DNA of 63,613 bases, filler included, from Octopus bimaculoides (GCF_001194135.2; 6 parts of 5 records of this genome joined end to end with filler, not necessarily neighbours in it), one strand, 5' to 3'. Shown: positions 39,421 through 52,289, numbered from the whole stretch's first letter. Notes: a model not told the origin generated them from the sequence alone. Numbers and translations: made by a program.

Positions 39421-40097
39421 TTAAATGAATTTAATCGATAGCATTAACAATATATAACATAATATCATTAAAGCTATAACATAATGAAATTAATGTCATA
39501 ATATAAATTATAGCTTGTTGCAAACATATTCATTCTACCTTCAAATAATAACTCCATTTATAAAAGAAGCATCATTACAATTACAGTAAACAGATTATAA
39601 ATTTCTAAAAACAAAATTTGAATAAGGAATTCATTGCTAAGAATGCATCACACGTGCTCTATTCTTCTATTTGTTGCTTACTAATTAGATGAATGCAAAG
39701 TACATCTGTCTTGCATGGTCTTTGTCATAATTAAAGGCTATTTTCTTATAATGACATGTTAGAGGACATTAATGTTTACACACTGTAAATACAAGAGGAA
39801 TTGGTAGAGGAACTGAAGAACAGGAATAGTAGTGGTTTGCCTTATTTTTTTTATGTTTTGCAATTTCCTCTTATCTTTCACTTGTTTCAGACATTACACT
39901 GTGGCCAAACTGAGGCACCACCTTTTAAAATTTTAGTCAAATGAAACAACCCCCAGTAGTTTTTCCTTTTTTTTAAAGTATGGTTTCTTTTGCTGAAATG
40001 CTAAGTTACAGGGATGTAAACACATGAGTGCAACACCCTTGTCACAAGGCCATGTGTCCTCACATGTGTGTGTGTGTGTGTAATTATATATATATAT

Positions 40098-40311
40098 ATG
40101 CCCTAACTCTTTGAAACACCAGCGTTGAATGGTGGCAGCTGATGAAGGAAATGTTCTCTATGTGGCCTGTGTGTTTTCTGTACTTGTTTATCATTTTCTC
40201 TACATTTTGTTTGCAATGTCCTGTACCCAGATATGCATCTATATATACAGGTAGATGTAAGTATGTACATACATGTATGTATATATGCATACACTCATTT
40301 ATTATTTATAT
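40098..40311 (+). mobile_element. Dispersed repeat family G (other copies at ~23180-23330 and 54246-54500 on minus)
   Basis: gccctaactct-gaaac-ccag-gt...gcagctgatgaagga-atgttctctatgtggcc...gtacccagatat. Confidence 0.65.
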
Positions 40312-41110
40312 NNNNNNNNNNNNNNNNNNNNNNNNNNNNNNNNNNNNNNNNNNNNNNNNNNNNNNNNNNNNNNNNNNNNNNNNNNNNNNNNNNNNNNNNN
40401 NNNNNNNNNNNNNNNNNNNNNNNNNNNNNNNNNNNNNNNNNNNNNNNNNNNNNNNNNNNNNNNNNNNNNNNNNNNNNNNNNNNNNNNNNNNNNNNNNNNN
40501 NNNNNNNNNNNNNNNNNNNNNNNNNNNNNNNNNNNNNNNNNNNNNNNNNNNNNNNNNNNNNNNNNNNNNNNNNNNNNNNNNNNNNNNNNNNNNNNNNNNN
40601 NNNNNNNNNNNNNNNNNNNNNNNNNNNNNNNNNNNNNNNNNNNNNNNNNNNNNNNNNNNNNNNNNNNNNNNNNNNNNNNNNNNNNNNNNNNNNNNNNNNN
40701 NNNNNNNNNNNNNNNNNNNNNNNNNNNNNNNNNNNNNNNNNNNNNNNNNNNNNNNNNNNNNNNNNNNNNNNNNNNNNNNNNNNNNNNNNNNNNNNNNNNN
40801 NNNNNNNNNNNNNNNNNNNNNNNNNNNNNNNNNNNNNNNNNNNNNNNNNNNNNNNNNNNNNNNNNNNNNNNNNNNNNNNNNNNNNNNNNNNNNNNNNNNN
40901 NNNNNNNNNNNNNNNNNNNNNNNNNNNNNNNNNNNNNNNNNNNNNNNNNNNNNNNNNNNNNNNNNNNNNNNNNNNNNNNNNNNNNNNNNNNNNNNNNNNN
41001 NNNNNNNNNNNNNNNNNNNNNNNNNNNNNNNNNNNNNNNNNNNNNNNNNNNNNNNNNNNNNNNNNNNNNNNNNNNNNNNNNNNNNNNNNNNNNNNNNNNN
41101 NNNNNNNNNN

Positions 41111-41175
<65 letters not shown>

Positions 41176-41201
41176 GATATATATATATATATACATATAT
41201 A

Positions 41202-41360
41202 CGACGGGCTTCTTTCAGTTTCTATCTACCAAATCCACTCACAAGGCTTTGGTCGGCCCAAGGCTATAGTAGGAAACACTTGCCCAAGGTGCCACGCAGT
41301 GGGACTGAACCTGGAACCATATGGTTGGTAAGCAAGCTACTTACCACACAGCCACTCCTA
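41202..41360 (-). mobile_element. SINE family B, 5' half
   Basis: Matches the reverse complement of 31611-31790. Confidence 0.85.
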
Positions 41361-41959
41361 CATACATATATATATATATATATTATATATAAGATAGAAA
41401 TATTATTAGTTCTACATCTCTCAAAGAGAGACATTCAGTAACAGTTCTTTAAAACAAAGGCTTTTTGCCAACATAATGTGGCTGTCCTGAAAAGGATGAT
41501 GTTTTTGTTGTTTTAGCCCCAAGAAACATTGTTTCTAGTGGGCTATATGACACAGTATCTGTGTCCTTATATTTTCAAACAGGGAGCTCAGCAACTCCCA
41601 TCTGGTGCAAAACAATATCTGTGGACTAGCATCTGGGATATTGCTCTTTATCAATACAGAGTAACTGCTTTGGCCAGATGGCGTTGCTGAATTCCCCGTT
41701 CAAACATATAGTTTTCAAAGTGACACACAGTCACTGATCAGAAAATAGAAATATTGTTATTTCTAAATCTCTCGAAGAGAAACATTCAGTAACTGTTCAT
41801 TAAGACATATATATACTCTTTTATTTTTGTTTTACTGCATATATATAAAGGTTAGATTTGTTAAAATATGTTTGTGACATATTTTAACCTCTAAAGATAA
41901 AGACACTACAGTTACTTTGGAGAAAAAAATTCTCTCTTTTCCTTTAAGAGAGAACCTTT

Positions 41960-42303
41960 GCCAGTACCCACTGACTGGCTCTCGTGCCAGAGGCATGTAA
42001 AAAGCAACAACCAAACGTGATCGATGCCAGTAACCCCTGACTGGCCCTTGTGCTAGTGGGACATAAAAATGCACTATACAAATGTGATCGATGCCAGGCC
42101 CACCTGACTGGCTCCTATGCTGGTGGCACATAAAAAGCACCCACTACACTTTCAGAGTGGTTAGCGTTAGGCAAGGCATCCAGCTGTAGAAACATTGCCA
42201 GGTCAGATTGGAGCCTGGTGCAGCCACTAGCTCTCCAGACCTCAGTCGAACCGTCCAACCCATGCCAGCATGGAGAAAGAACATTAAATGATGATGATGA
42301 TGA
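41960..42303 (+). mobile_element. Family C repeat with modular 5' part
   Basis: Shared tail plus repeated ccagtacccactgactggc modules. Confidence 0.75.
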
Positions 42304-42928
42304 TATATATATATAGAGAGAGAGAGAGAAATTCCAAACATTTCTTAACATACGAACACCTCGGTGACCATATTCCCTTCTCTCGCCTACCCATTGAAAT
42401 ACATATAAATTTACTTCCTGTTTCTCTAAGAACAGACATAAACGTCCTGTTGACAAAGAGTCCAGGACTCTAACTAAAGAGTATAAAACCCACAGAATTG
42501 TCTTCCCTTACACACACTTCCTGTTTTGACACCACACTTCCTACTTAACACAAACTTTTAGCCCCATTTTGTAAACACAACTTTTAATTCCATGCATCCT
42601 AATCTTTCTAACAATTATCTACATGGATTACAATTGAACCTTAAAAGCTCAAAGACAATATAATGTATTGGTATATTTATTTTTATATATATTATTTTTT
42701 TTATATATTATTTTTTATTTTTTTGCAAAAAACATTTTCATTCTCCCTCTTCTTGAAAATTTGCCATGCAATGAAAGCAAGTTAGAAATCCTTTTGAAAT
42801 CCTTTGTAATCCTCCTTATACACATCTATATTAAAATATGCTTTCAGTTTAGCATTCTGCCTTATTATTATTTTTTATTTTCCTATTATTTCTCCACATG
42901 CGGCTAACACAACCCTACTATTTACTGA

Positions 42929-42972
<44 letters not shown>

Positions 42973-43535
42973 AAAGTGGAAATAAACCAGAAATCACTTG
43001 GTAGATTCGTCAGCTTCTTGAACACATAGCCATACTCTTAAAATCCGCAGAAGTTTCAGTAAGTCGTTGATAAGGAAGCTGTTTATAAATAAATCTTGTT
43101 AAAGATACCTTTTTAGTATGTACATGTACATTGAGTATATCATACTATTGAAGTCACCATCTTTTGTGATGATATCTTTCTCTAAAAACCACATAAGCAA
43201 ATGATATAGAACTGATACAGGGTACACTAAATAAATACCAGCACCTGAAATTATACCCACCAATTTTAAATGAAGAATGATACTTTTGGACATTGTAGTT
43301 CCCATAATTCAAGAGACATGATGGTTATGGATGGACACCTTTGATCAGAGACTTGATTTATCAGAGCTAACAATAGCATAGACATGGATGTGTGGTAATA
43401 AGTTTGCTTTCCAATCACAAGGCTTTGTGTTCAATCCCACGGCACGGCTTCTTGGGCAAATATCTTTTATTGTAGCCCCAGGCCAATCACATCCTTTTTG
43501 AATGGATATAGTAGAAAGAAAGTGACAGAAGCCCA

Positions 43536-43860
43536 AGCTGCATGGCTCAGTGGTTAGATGATCAGGCTCACAATCATGCAGTAGTGAGTTCAATTTCCAG
43601 ATTGGGCTGCGTGTTGTGTTCTTGAGCAAGACACTTTATTTCACATTGCTCCAGTTCACTTAGCTGTAGAAATGAGTTGTGATGTCACTGGTGCAAAGCT
43701 GTATCGGCCTCTGCTTTTCTCTTAGATAACATTGGTGTCATGGAGAGGAGAGGGTGGTACGCATGGGAAACTACTGGACTTCCATAAACAATCTTGCCCA
43801 GACATGTGCATCAGAAAGTAACTTTCTAGGTGCAATCCCATGGTCATTCATGACCAAAGG
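43536..43860 (+). mobile_element. SINE family E
   Basis: Homologous to 36246-36500. Confidence 0.72.
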
Positions 43861-46470
43861 AAGGGCATTCAGCCATACAAACCATGCCAAAACAGATATG
43901 GTGCCCAGACAGCTCTCCAGCTGGCTAGCTCCTGTCAAATCATCCAACCCATTGTATTTATACTAACAATTCCAGCACACGCCCAAATTCCTTCTCCTGA
44001 ACTTTAGGAAGGTCCTTATGATGCATGTGATATGATGACTGGTATTTGATACCAAAGATTCTCTCCTTGGCTCATGATATCTGGTCATGATGAAATTTTT
44101 GACCATTATTATCTATTACTAATAGAAACATCATTCTCCAACAGAATCAAACATCTAAAAAAAAATATTCACACGCTAAAATGAATATGGGAAAAATACC
44201 TTATTTATAGTCCTGGATGAATTTGTTTCTGGACAATCTTTCTAGAACCTCAATCTTCAGCAGACTTTCGAAACAACGTAGGAACAGTCAATTACAACTA
44301 TATACACAAGTGGTCTCAAACAAACCAACAACAACAAGCAGTATGTGGTTGTAAATAAATTGTTTCTGATAAGCAGGGAACTGTTTTCAGTAAAAAAAAA
44401 TCAGTTTCCCAAAGATTTTGATGCCTCAAGAGAACTCAGTTATGTTTTAAATGAAATGAAAATATACAGGAACATATGTAGTATTTAAAACAAATATTGA
44501 TGGATTAAATAAGCTCTTCTGTTTTGGGCTACACTTGAGACAGCTCATGCACTCTCTCTAACACACTTCTTAATTTCTCAATCTTTTTCATCAGTTTAGA
44601 AATAGAACCAGTATTTCACTTGATTGCTTTATATCTATTCCTCCTCGCTATTACATTTTTTTCAAATTTTTCCTACTTCTATTTCTGACATCCCAGTTAT
44701 ATATTAATCCCTTTGACTTACACCCAGCTATAAGCCAACAATGGAGCTTCTATGTAATCACTTAGCCTGCCAGAAATGGCAACCAAATCCCCTTCCTACC
44801 ATTTTAATAAAAAAATAAGACTCACTGGATAATGTGGTCTTAGAAAACCAAGTGCCTGAAATAAAGATGTACACAATGATCACAGCTGGACAGCTTTTGG
44901 TCATAGGTCTGCTGGATCAGGGATAATTAAGGACTGACAATAACAACAATGAAAGTAGCCAAATGGATAACACACTATCCCTGAGCTATTTATCTTCACA
45001 CACAACACATCCTTTACAATAAAAACACTTAATAATTCTGACTGATTTATCCAAATTGTGGTGTAACCTTCCAAGCTAAACAGACTGCCAACATCACCTG
45101 AGGAAATTATCCACTACATTAATTGAAAGATGTTAATGTAACAATAAATAGGAATTGAAGCTTTTCACATTAGTAAATAAAGGGAAAAATAGATGTAGTT
45201 ATCAACATTTTGACACTGTTCATAATTATGCCTTGTTAATATTTGGAATAGAACATTCGTTTACTTGCAAGTAATAACAAACTCATTGTGACATCCATAT
45301 AAATACATAGCACAATGAAAAAAATGGACAGGATGTGACAGTTAACTCTGCATTAAAAAAAATTCTTTAATAGGATGAATGCTTCTAGTTGCTAATTTGT
45401 GATTTAAAATTTTTTAAAAAGATAGTTTCTTCACTGTGCATAATTCTGCTATTTTTTTTTATCAAAAGCTTTAATGGAATAATGATCAGTTTCCATTCTA
45501 ACAGATTTCTAGATACCTTTCCATTGATGGCAGTTATATTTATGGTTTTAGATATGTTTTTTTTTTTTTTTGATGGGGGGAGCCATAAATGTACCTTAAA
45601 TTAGTAACTAGCTAATATCTAACCCAATAATTCTAATGACATTAAAATCCTGCTGTACTATAGCTTATAACCAAATAAAACTTCCAATTAGGTTCAGCTA
45701 AATATAAGACCATAAAAAAAAATCTGAACAGAAAATGAAGCAATGAAAGAAACAACAAAAAAAGTGCCAAGATGACACCAGCAAACCAAATGATAATACA
45801 ATCAATGTAATTAAGAACATGTAGCAAGAATCGAAACCAAATCAATGAAATGCCAAATTAAAACCATGGTTTAACAACAGCTTTGCATGTGATCTGCTGA
45901 GATATACATTATGTGATGTATATTTCTATAAGCCTGTAAAATGTCCCATTACAAGACATAAATATACATGTGTTTAGTGCCAAACTTGCAGAGCATCAAA
46001 GATGAGCAGGGTAAAATGCCTCTCCACTCTCACCCAGCCATATTGAGTATAGACTGGCCAATTCATTTTCACGTTTCATTGTTGTAGTGGATATGCGACT
46101 ACAATTCACTGACATGAATCCATTGTGTATATTTTCTCCTGTCCTGGCTTCTTGATTAAATATTTGTAAGAGGTACATAATATTCTTCGAGTGGGTAAAC
46201 TTTGTCATTGCAAGTTCTAATTCATGACTAACATGAAAATTATTGTTTCAGTAAAATAAATTCTGTTAATTGTTCACAGGTGTTGTGCATTCATTATATG
46301 CAGTATGATTTCAACTCAACTACAAACATTTATCTTTCACTCTTTGTTTATCATGACCCTAATCCACTATGCTCCATAATAAACACTGAAGACAAAAAGA
46401 GAAAGAGAACAAGTGTATATATATATATATATATATATTGATAAAAAAGTGTAGGTGGCATACGAGTGGG

Positions 46471-47040
46471 TATATATATTTATAAAAAAGAAGTTTGAAA
46501 ACGCCAATATATAAAAAATGAATTTTAATTTAAAATTTTGTCAGAGATATTTTTAGCATGTTTCGGTTCTTGTAAAAACGAACCTTATCAAAAATACATA
46601 ATTAAAAAAATGAAATTAAATGAAGAGTTCATAATTGTTCCTTACTGGTGTCAATAGTCCACGTGGGGGCATTTTTTGTTGGTTGTAGCAGTAGTAGTGA
46701 CCGTGTTGGTAATGGTAAATGCCAGTGACCTCTGTCCATGTCAGTAGCAGTAATTAATTGGTTGTAGTGGTAGGGGTGGAAGCAGCACAAGCGGCAGCAG
46801 TAGTAGTGACCGTAATAACAGTAGTAGCAGTAGTTAATTGGTTGTAGTGGTAGGGGTGGAAGCAGCACAAGCAGCAGCAGTGGTAGCTTCATTTGATTTC
46901 ATTTTTTTAAATATGTATTTTTGATAAGGTTCGTTTTTACAAGAACCGAAACATGTTAAAAATATCTCTGACAAAATTTTAAATTAAATTTCATTTTTAT
47001 ATATTGGGGTCTTCAAACTTTTTTAGAAATATATATATAT
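46471..47040. mobile_element. MITE/foldback element with ~150-bp TIRs in a TA context
   Basis: 46471-46625 is the reverse complement of 46888-47040 with few mismatches; interior contains a tandem repeat. Confidence 0.88.
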
Positions 47041-47059
47041 ATATATATATATAAGTTAT

Positions 47060-48390
47060 AGAATAAAAACGTTGGGTTAACGACTCAACATATCACACCC
47101 CTCAAAGAACATATATAAGATATACAACATAATCCGTCAAACATAAGGAATAGGAAGATATAATGTAAGAAAAATAACGTAAGAAGAAATAATAAATAAA
47201 AGAATTAGAAATATGTAAGAAGTAAGATGCAAGAAATAGAACATATAGTATAACATTTTTACACAAATATATTATACTAACCGATAACATACAAATGAAA
47301 AACATTGAGTTAAAGGTATAACACAATACACATATATATCACTTCATAGAAGTTAAAATTAATACAATTAAAAACTTCAAATATATAATATAATATAGGT
47401 CGATATAAAAAATAAAATAAAGAAATGAGGTACCATAAAGTAGTCCATCGGTTAAAAATCAAGGACAGAAATGATTTAACATCACTTAGAGTTAAAACAC
47501 AAAGTTCTACATCTCCCTCGAGCACATTTACAACTTAAAACCAGTAGACACCAATAGGCAAGTCTGCACCAGTTAGGCATATACAAGAGTGAATAACAGG
47601 CACCCAGCAGGTATCAGCAAGTAAAACATGTAAAATTTAATTCCACTCACCATGTCCAAAAGTTCACAACACATGGGTTAAAAATACAAATACAGCACCC
47701 AGCAGGTATCAGTCAGTAAAATCAATTTCACGAAACCACGTACAACACCTATGGCCGTTTCGGGGGTACACCACTCTATTCCAAACACAATAGAGGGCAA
47801 ACTGGTGATGACTCCCCTCGTCAGGGTAAACTTATATACAAATGTAACGACATGCGATTTCTTTATTAAAAAGAAAAATAATTTTTATATAAGAGTAAAT
47901 TTATATAGTCAATATGGACCAGCCTTAGACAAGCCTATGCAAATAATGGAAAGATTTTTTAAAAAATTGAAAGATTTTTTTAAAAAAGTGCTATTTTAGA
48001 ATAGCCAAACAGGCTGCAGTATCAAAACCAATCTTCGAGGTTTCAAATCACCCTAACGCAAACTATTACACTTGTTATTATCTATTGTTTTTATATTTAT
48101 TTTTATTTCTACACAGTTTCAAGAAGGTGGAGGAAAACTTATGTTTGCAGAAGGGGATTACTTCGGTGAACTTATTTAAAGTTTTTGGTCCAAAAGACCT
48201 GAGTATCGCAAGGGATTCCCTAATACATAAGGAACATTTACTAATATTTGCCTTAAAGTAGGGGACTCTTGATATAATAGACCATTCAAGAGAGTACTTT
48301 ATATTCTTCTTCTTGAGGTCATGCAAATAAGAGGCAAGTGTGGTAGAGCTACAGTATTTTTCAATTGAAAACAAATTCATATGCACTCTA
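47060..48390 (-). mobile_element. 5'-truncated Penelope-like element (GIY-YIG C-terminus plus 3' region)
   Basis: EKYCSSTTLASYLHDLKKKNIKYSLEWSIISRVPYF...KCSLCIRESLAIL...LNKFTEVIPFCKH (48078-48390) fits the PLE GIY-YIG CCHH-region pattern. The left boundary is approximate. Confidence 0.85.
47746..47828 (-). ncRNA. Type I hammerhead ribozyme motif (Penelope-associated)
   Basis: Minus strand: TACC CTGACGA GGGG AGTCAT CACCA GTTTGCC CTCTATT GTGTTTGG AATAGAG TGGTG TAC CCCC GAAAC GGCC ATA GGTG. Both core halves, stem I, an extended stem II and a palindromic stem III are present. Confidence 0.75.
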
Positions 48391-48457
48391 TATCTAGCCT
48401 TCGGGCTGACCAAAGCCTTGTGAATGGATTTGGTAGACTGAAACTGAAAAAAGCCCA

Positions 48458-48460
<3 letters not shown>
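48388..48460 (+). mobile_element. SINE family B fragment at the 5' truncation of the PLE
   Basis: tagccttcgggctgaccaaagccttgtgaatggatttggtagactgaaactgaaa. Confidence 0.75.
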
Positions 48461-48530
<70 letters not shown>

Positions 48531-48582
48531 CTATATTAAATCTCTGAGCGAGATGTAAACAGTAGCAATAAGGAATCATAAC

Positions 48583-48797
48583 ATATAATTGCCAACCAAG
48601 TGCTATTGGTGTTTATAGCCACAGGCACACATTCTGCTATTGGTGTTTATAGCCACAGGCACACATTCTGCATCCGATGGCAAATACTAATCGGACATAG
48701 AATGTGTGTCATTAGCCAGCTGGAGCTGTCTTCCTGGGGCTATAAACGCCAGTAGCACTGTCCCATATTGGACGCCATACTTGGTTGGCAATTATAT
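48583..48797. mobile_element. Foldback MITE with 19-bp TIR and internal 34-bp tandem duplication
   Basis: ATATAATTGCCAACCAAGT...ACTTGGTTGGCAATTATAT; internal inverted segments; duplication at 48601-48634 and 48635-48668. Confidence 0.85.
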
Positions 48798-48986
48798 ATA
48801 TATATATATATAGACATAATTAAGGGATCAGCAACTGTTCATGTTTATAAATTTAAAAGAACTTTAAATAAGTTCTTTACCGATAATGTTTTTTTACATA
48901 CTGAACTACTTGATAAAAATTATTAATTATTAATTTATTAATAAATTAATAATCTTTTACCCTATATTTGTATATATATATATATA

Positions 48987-49352
48987 TCATCATCATCATC
49001 ATCATCGTTTAACGTCCGCTTTCCATGCTAGCATGGGTTGGACGATTTGACTGAGGACTGGTGAAACCGGATGGCAACACCAGGCTCCAGTCTGATTTGG
49101 CAGAGTTTCTACAGCTGGATGCCCTTCCTAACGCCAACCACTCAGAGAGTGTAGTGGGTGCTTTTACGTGTCACCCGCACGAAAACGGCCACGCTCGAAA
49201 TGGTGTCTTTTATGTGCCACCCGCACANNNNNNNNNNNNNNNNNNNNNNNNNNNNNNNNNNNNNNNNNNNNNNNNNNNNNNNNNNNNNNNNNNNNNNNNN
49301 NNNNNNNNNNNNNNNNNNNNNNNNNNNNTCCCTCAACTGTTAGGGTGTGGCA

Positions 49353-49389
<37 letters not shown>

Positions 49390-49805
49390 GACATCAGCCA
49401 CATTACCTCATGGAGGTAATGTGGCTGATGCCAGTGTCACATAACTAGCACCCATGCGTAACTAGCACATGTAAAAAGCACCTTTTGAGTGCTGGGCCTC
49501 ATGGAAGCAAAGGCAGATGCCCGAGATCTTTGACAATATGCTGTGCTTGAAAAGAAGACCCATTAAGCCAAGTGAAATCACAGTCGTGGCAGATACTAGT
49601 ATTACGCAACTGGCACCCATGCCAGTGGCACTTAAAAGCATCCATTACACTCTCAGAGTGGTTGATGTTAGGAAAGGCATCCAGCCATAGAAACCATGTC
49701 AAATCAGACTGGAGTCTGGTGCAGCCCCTCAGCTTACCCACCCCGGGCCAATCCTCCAGCCCATGCCAGCATGGACAACAGACACTAAATAATGGTGATG
49801 ATGAT
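48987..49805. mobile_element. Two family C copies: minus (48987-49227) and plus (49400-49805)
   Basis: Family C tails at both outer ends, with a gap between them. Confidence 0.75.
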
Positions 49806-49812
49806 GTATATA

Positions 49813-49855
<43 letters not shown>

Positions 49856-49956
49856 NNNNNNNNNNNNNNNNNNNNNNNNNNNNNNNNNNNNNNNNNNNNT
49901 TAATTAATTAANNNNNNNNNNNNNNNNNNNNNNNNNNNNNNNNNNNNNNNNNNNNA

Positions 49957-50412
49957 AGGGGTACTGAAAAGTTCTTGACTTTAAGGGTATTGTGAAAGGC
50001 CTGGTTGGAGGCCCAACCTTCTGAATTCTTTTACAGGGCTTAGTAAAACTGAAGGACCACTGCAATAAATGTGTGAACTTGAGAGGGAAATATGTTAGAT
50101 AAAATCATTATTAACTGATCCTCCTGTATTTTCTTTTACTCAAAGCCAGGAACTTTTCGACACCCCCTTGTGTGTGTGTGTGTGTGTGTGTACACACATG
50201 AGGGGATATTGAGTAGTCCCTGTCTTTTAGGGTATCCCAAAAGGCCTGGTTGGAGGCCTAACATTCCAAGTTTTGTCACAGGGCTTAGAAAAACTGAAGG
50301 ACTGCTGCAGTAAATGTATGAATCTGTGGAGGAAATATGTTGAATAAAATCATAATTAACTGGTCCTCCTGTATTTTCTTTTACCCAAAGCCAGGAACTT
50401 TTCGACACCCCC

Positions 50413-50457
<45 letters not shown>

Positions 50458-50917
50458 CACACATGAGGGGATATTGAGTAGTCCCTGTCTTTAAGGGCAT
50501 CCCAAAAGGCCTGGTTGGAGGCCTAACATTCCAAGTTTTTTCACAGGGCTTAGAAAAACTGAGAGACTGCTGCAGTAAATGTATGAATCTGTGGAGGAAA
50601 TATGTTGAATAAAATCATAATTAACTGGTCCTCCTGTATTTTCTTTTACCCAAAGCCAGGAACTTTTCAGCAATGTATGTACACACACACATGTGTGAGG
50701 GGATGTTAAATAATTCCTGTCTTTAAAAGTATCGCGAAAGGCCAGGTAGGAGGCCTGACATTCCGAGTTCTTTTACAGGGCTTAGAAAAACTGAAGGACT
50801 GCTGCAATAAGCATGTGAATCTGAGAGGGGAATAAAATATGTTGAATAAAATCATAATTAACTGATCCTCCTGTATTTTCTTTTACCCAAAGCCAGGAAC
50901 TTTTCGGCAAACCCTTC
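49957..50917 (+). mobile_element. Tandem array of four ~215-bp mariner-derived MITEs separated by TG/CA microsatellites
   Basis: Copies at ~49957-50169, 50199-50415, 50464-50672 and 50696-50917. TIR GGGGT-C-GAAAAGTTCCTGGCTTT; interior resembles the mariner C-terminus (QGLEKLKD.C.KC.NL.GEYVE*). Confidence 0.85.
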
Positions 50918-51602
50918 TATGGCAACGAAAGGGTTAAAATTCCTGTGTCCGCCAAACAGTAAAGGGAAAGCTTTTTGGTAGTTCATTGAATATAAGAATG
51001 CTATTTATGGAGAGAAAATAACCACTGGAGATAGGGTGATGGTAGTGGTGGTGACTGAAGTGGTGTTGTTAGTATTGGTTATAGTGGCGGTAGTGATCTT
51101 AATCATAAAGGTAGTAATGACAGCAACAGAAGTGGGGGTGGTAGCAGTTATGATAACAGTAGAAATGGTTCTGATAACAATGGTGGTGGTGACAGTACCA
51201 ACCATAACATGGTGTGTCAGCCATTTATTCTCCTTTCTTTCTGTCTTTCTTTTCATCTAACCCCTCCACTTCACAACTATTTTTTTAAAGAAAAGTCATT
51301 GACGTCATAATAAATGGCAGGCAGGCTGGTCGACTGGCGACCCAGCTGGCTGGCTGGTCGACTGGTGGCCCAGCTGGCTGGCTGGTAGGTCAAAGAAACC
51401 TTGAAGCTGTTTATCTGTGGAATGCCAGACTATATATATGCACTGCCAGTTACTGCCAGTTATCTATTATTATTATTATTATCATCATTATTTTGAAAAG
51501 CAAATAGATTTGTATATATGTATATATAAATGTGTGCATGTGTGTAAGTATGTATACATTCATTTTCACTTAATGCCTATGTTCCATACTGGCATGTGTT
51601 CG

Positions 51603-51637
<35 letters not shown>

Positions 51638-51795
51638 TGCAAGCACACACACACACATGTATGCAAGCACACACACACACACAATTGATGTACAAACATC
51701 AAACAATAAATCCATGGTAATTAAGAGCACAATTAATAACACACAAACACACACACTCATATACATACATTTATTTTGATTCATGTGTGTGTATT

Positions 51796-51860
<65 letters not shown>

Positions 51861-52144
51861 NNNNNNNNNNNNNNNNNNNNNNNNNNNNNNNNNNNNNNNN
51901 NNNNNNNNNNNNNNNNNNNNNNNNNNNNNNNNNNNNNNNNNNNNNNNNNNNNNNNNNNNNNNNNNNNNNNNNNNNNNNNNNNNNNNNNNNNNNNNNNNNN
52001 NNNNNNNNNNNNNNNNNNNNNNNNNNNNNNNNNNNNNNNNNNNNNNNNNNNNNNNNNNNNNNNNNNNNNNNNNNNNNNNNNNNNNNNNNNNNNNNNNNNN
52101 NNNNNNNNNNNNNNNNNNNNNNNNNNNNNNNNNNNNNNNNNNNN

Positions 52145-52177
<33 letters not shown>

Positions 52178-52289
52178 CCAGCTCCTATCAAGCAGCCCAA
52201 CCCATGCCAGTATGGAAAACTGATGTTAAATGATGATGATGATGATGACGATACTGAAGAACTAACATACTTCTCAAAGAAAACTACTA

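Noticed and set aside
51323-51388. 28-bp GC-rich tandem repeat (ggctggtcgactgg...cccagctggct)
   Set aside because: Two copies plus a fragment in a low-complexity context, with nothing further to support a function.
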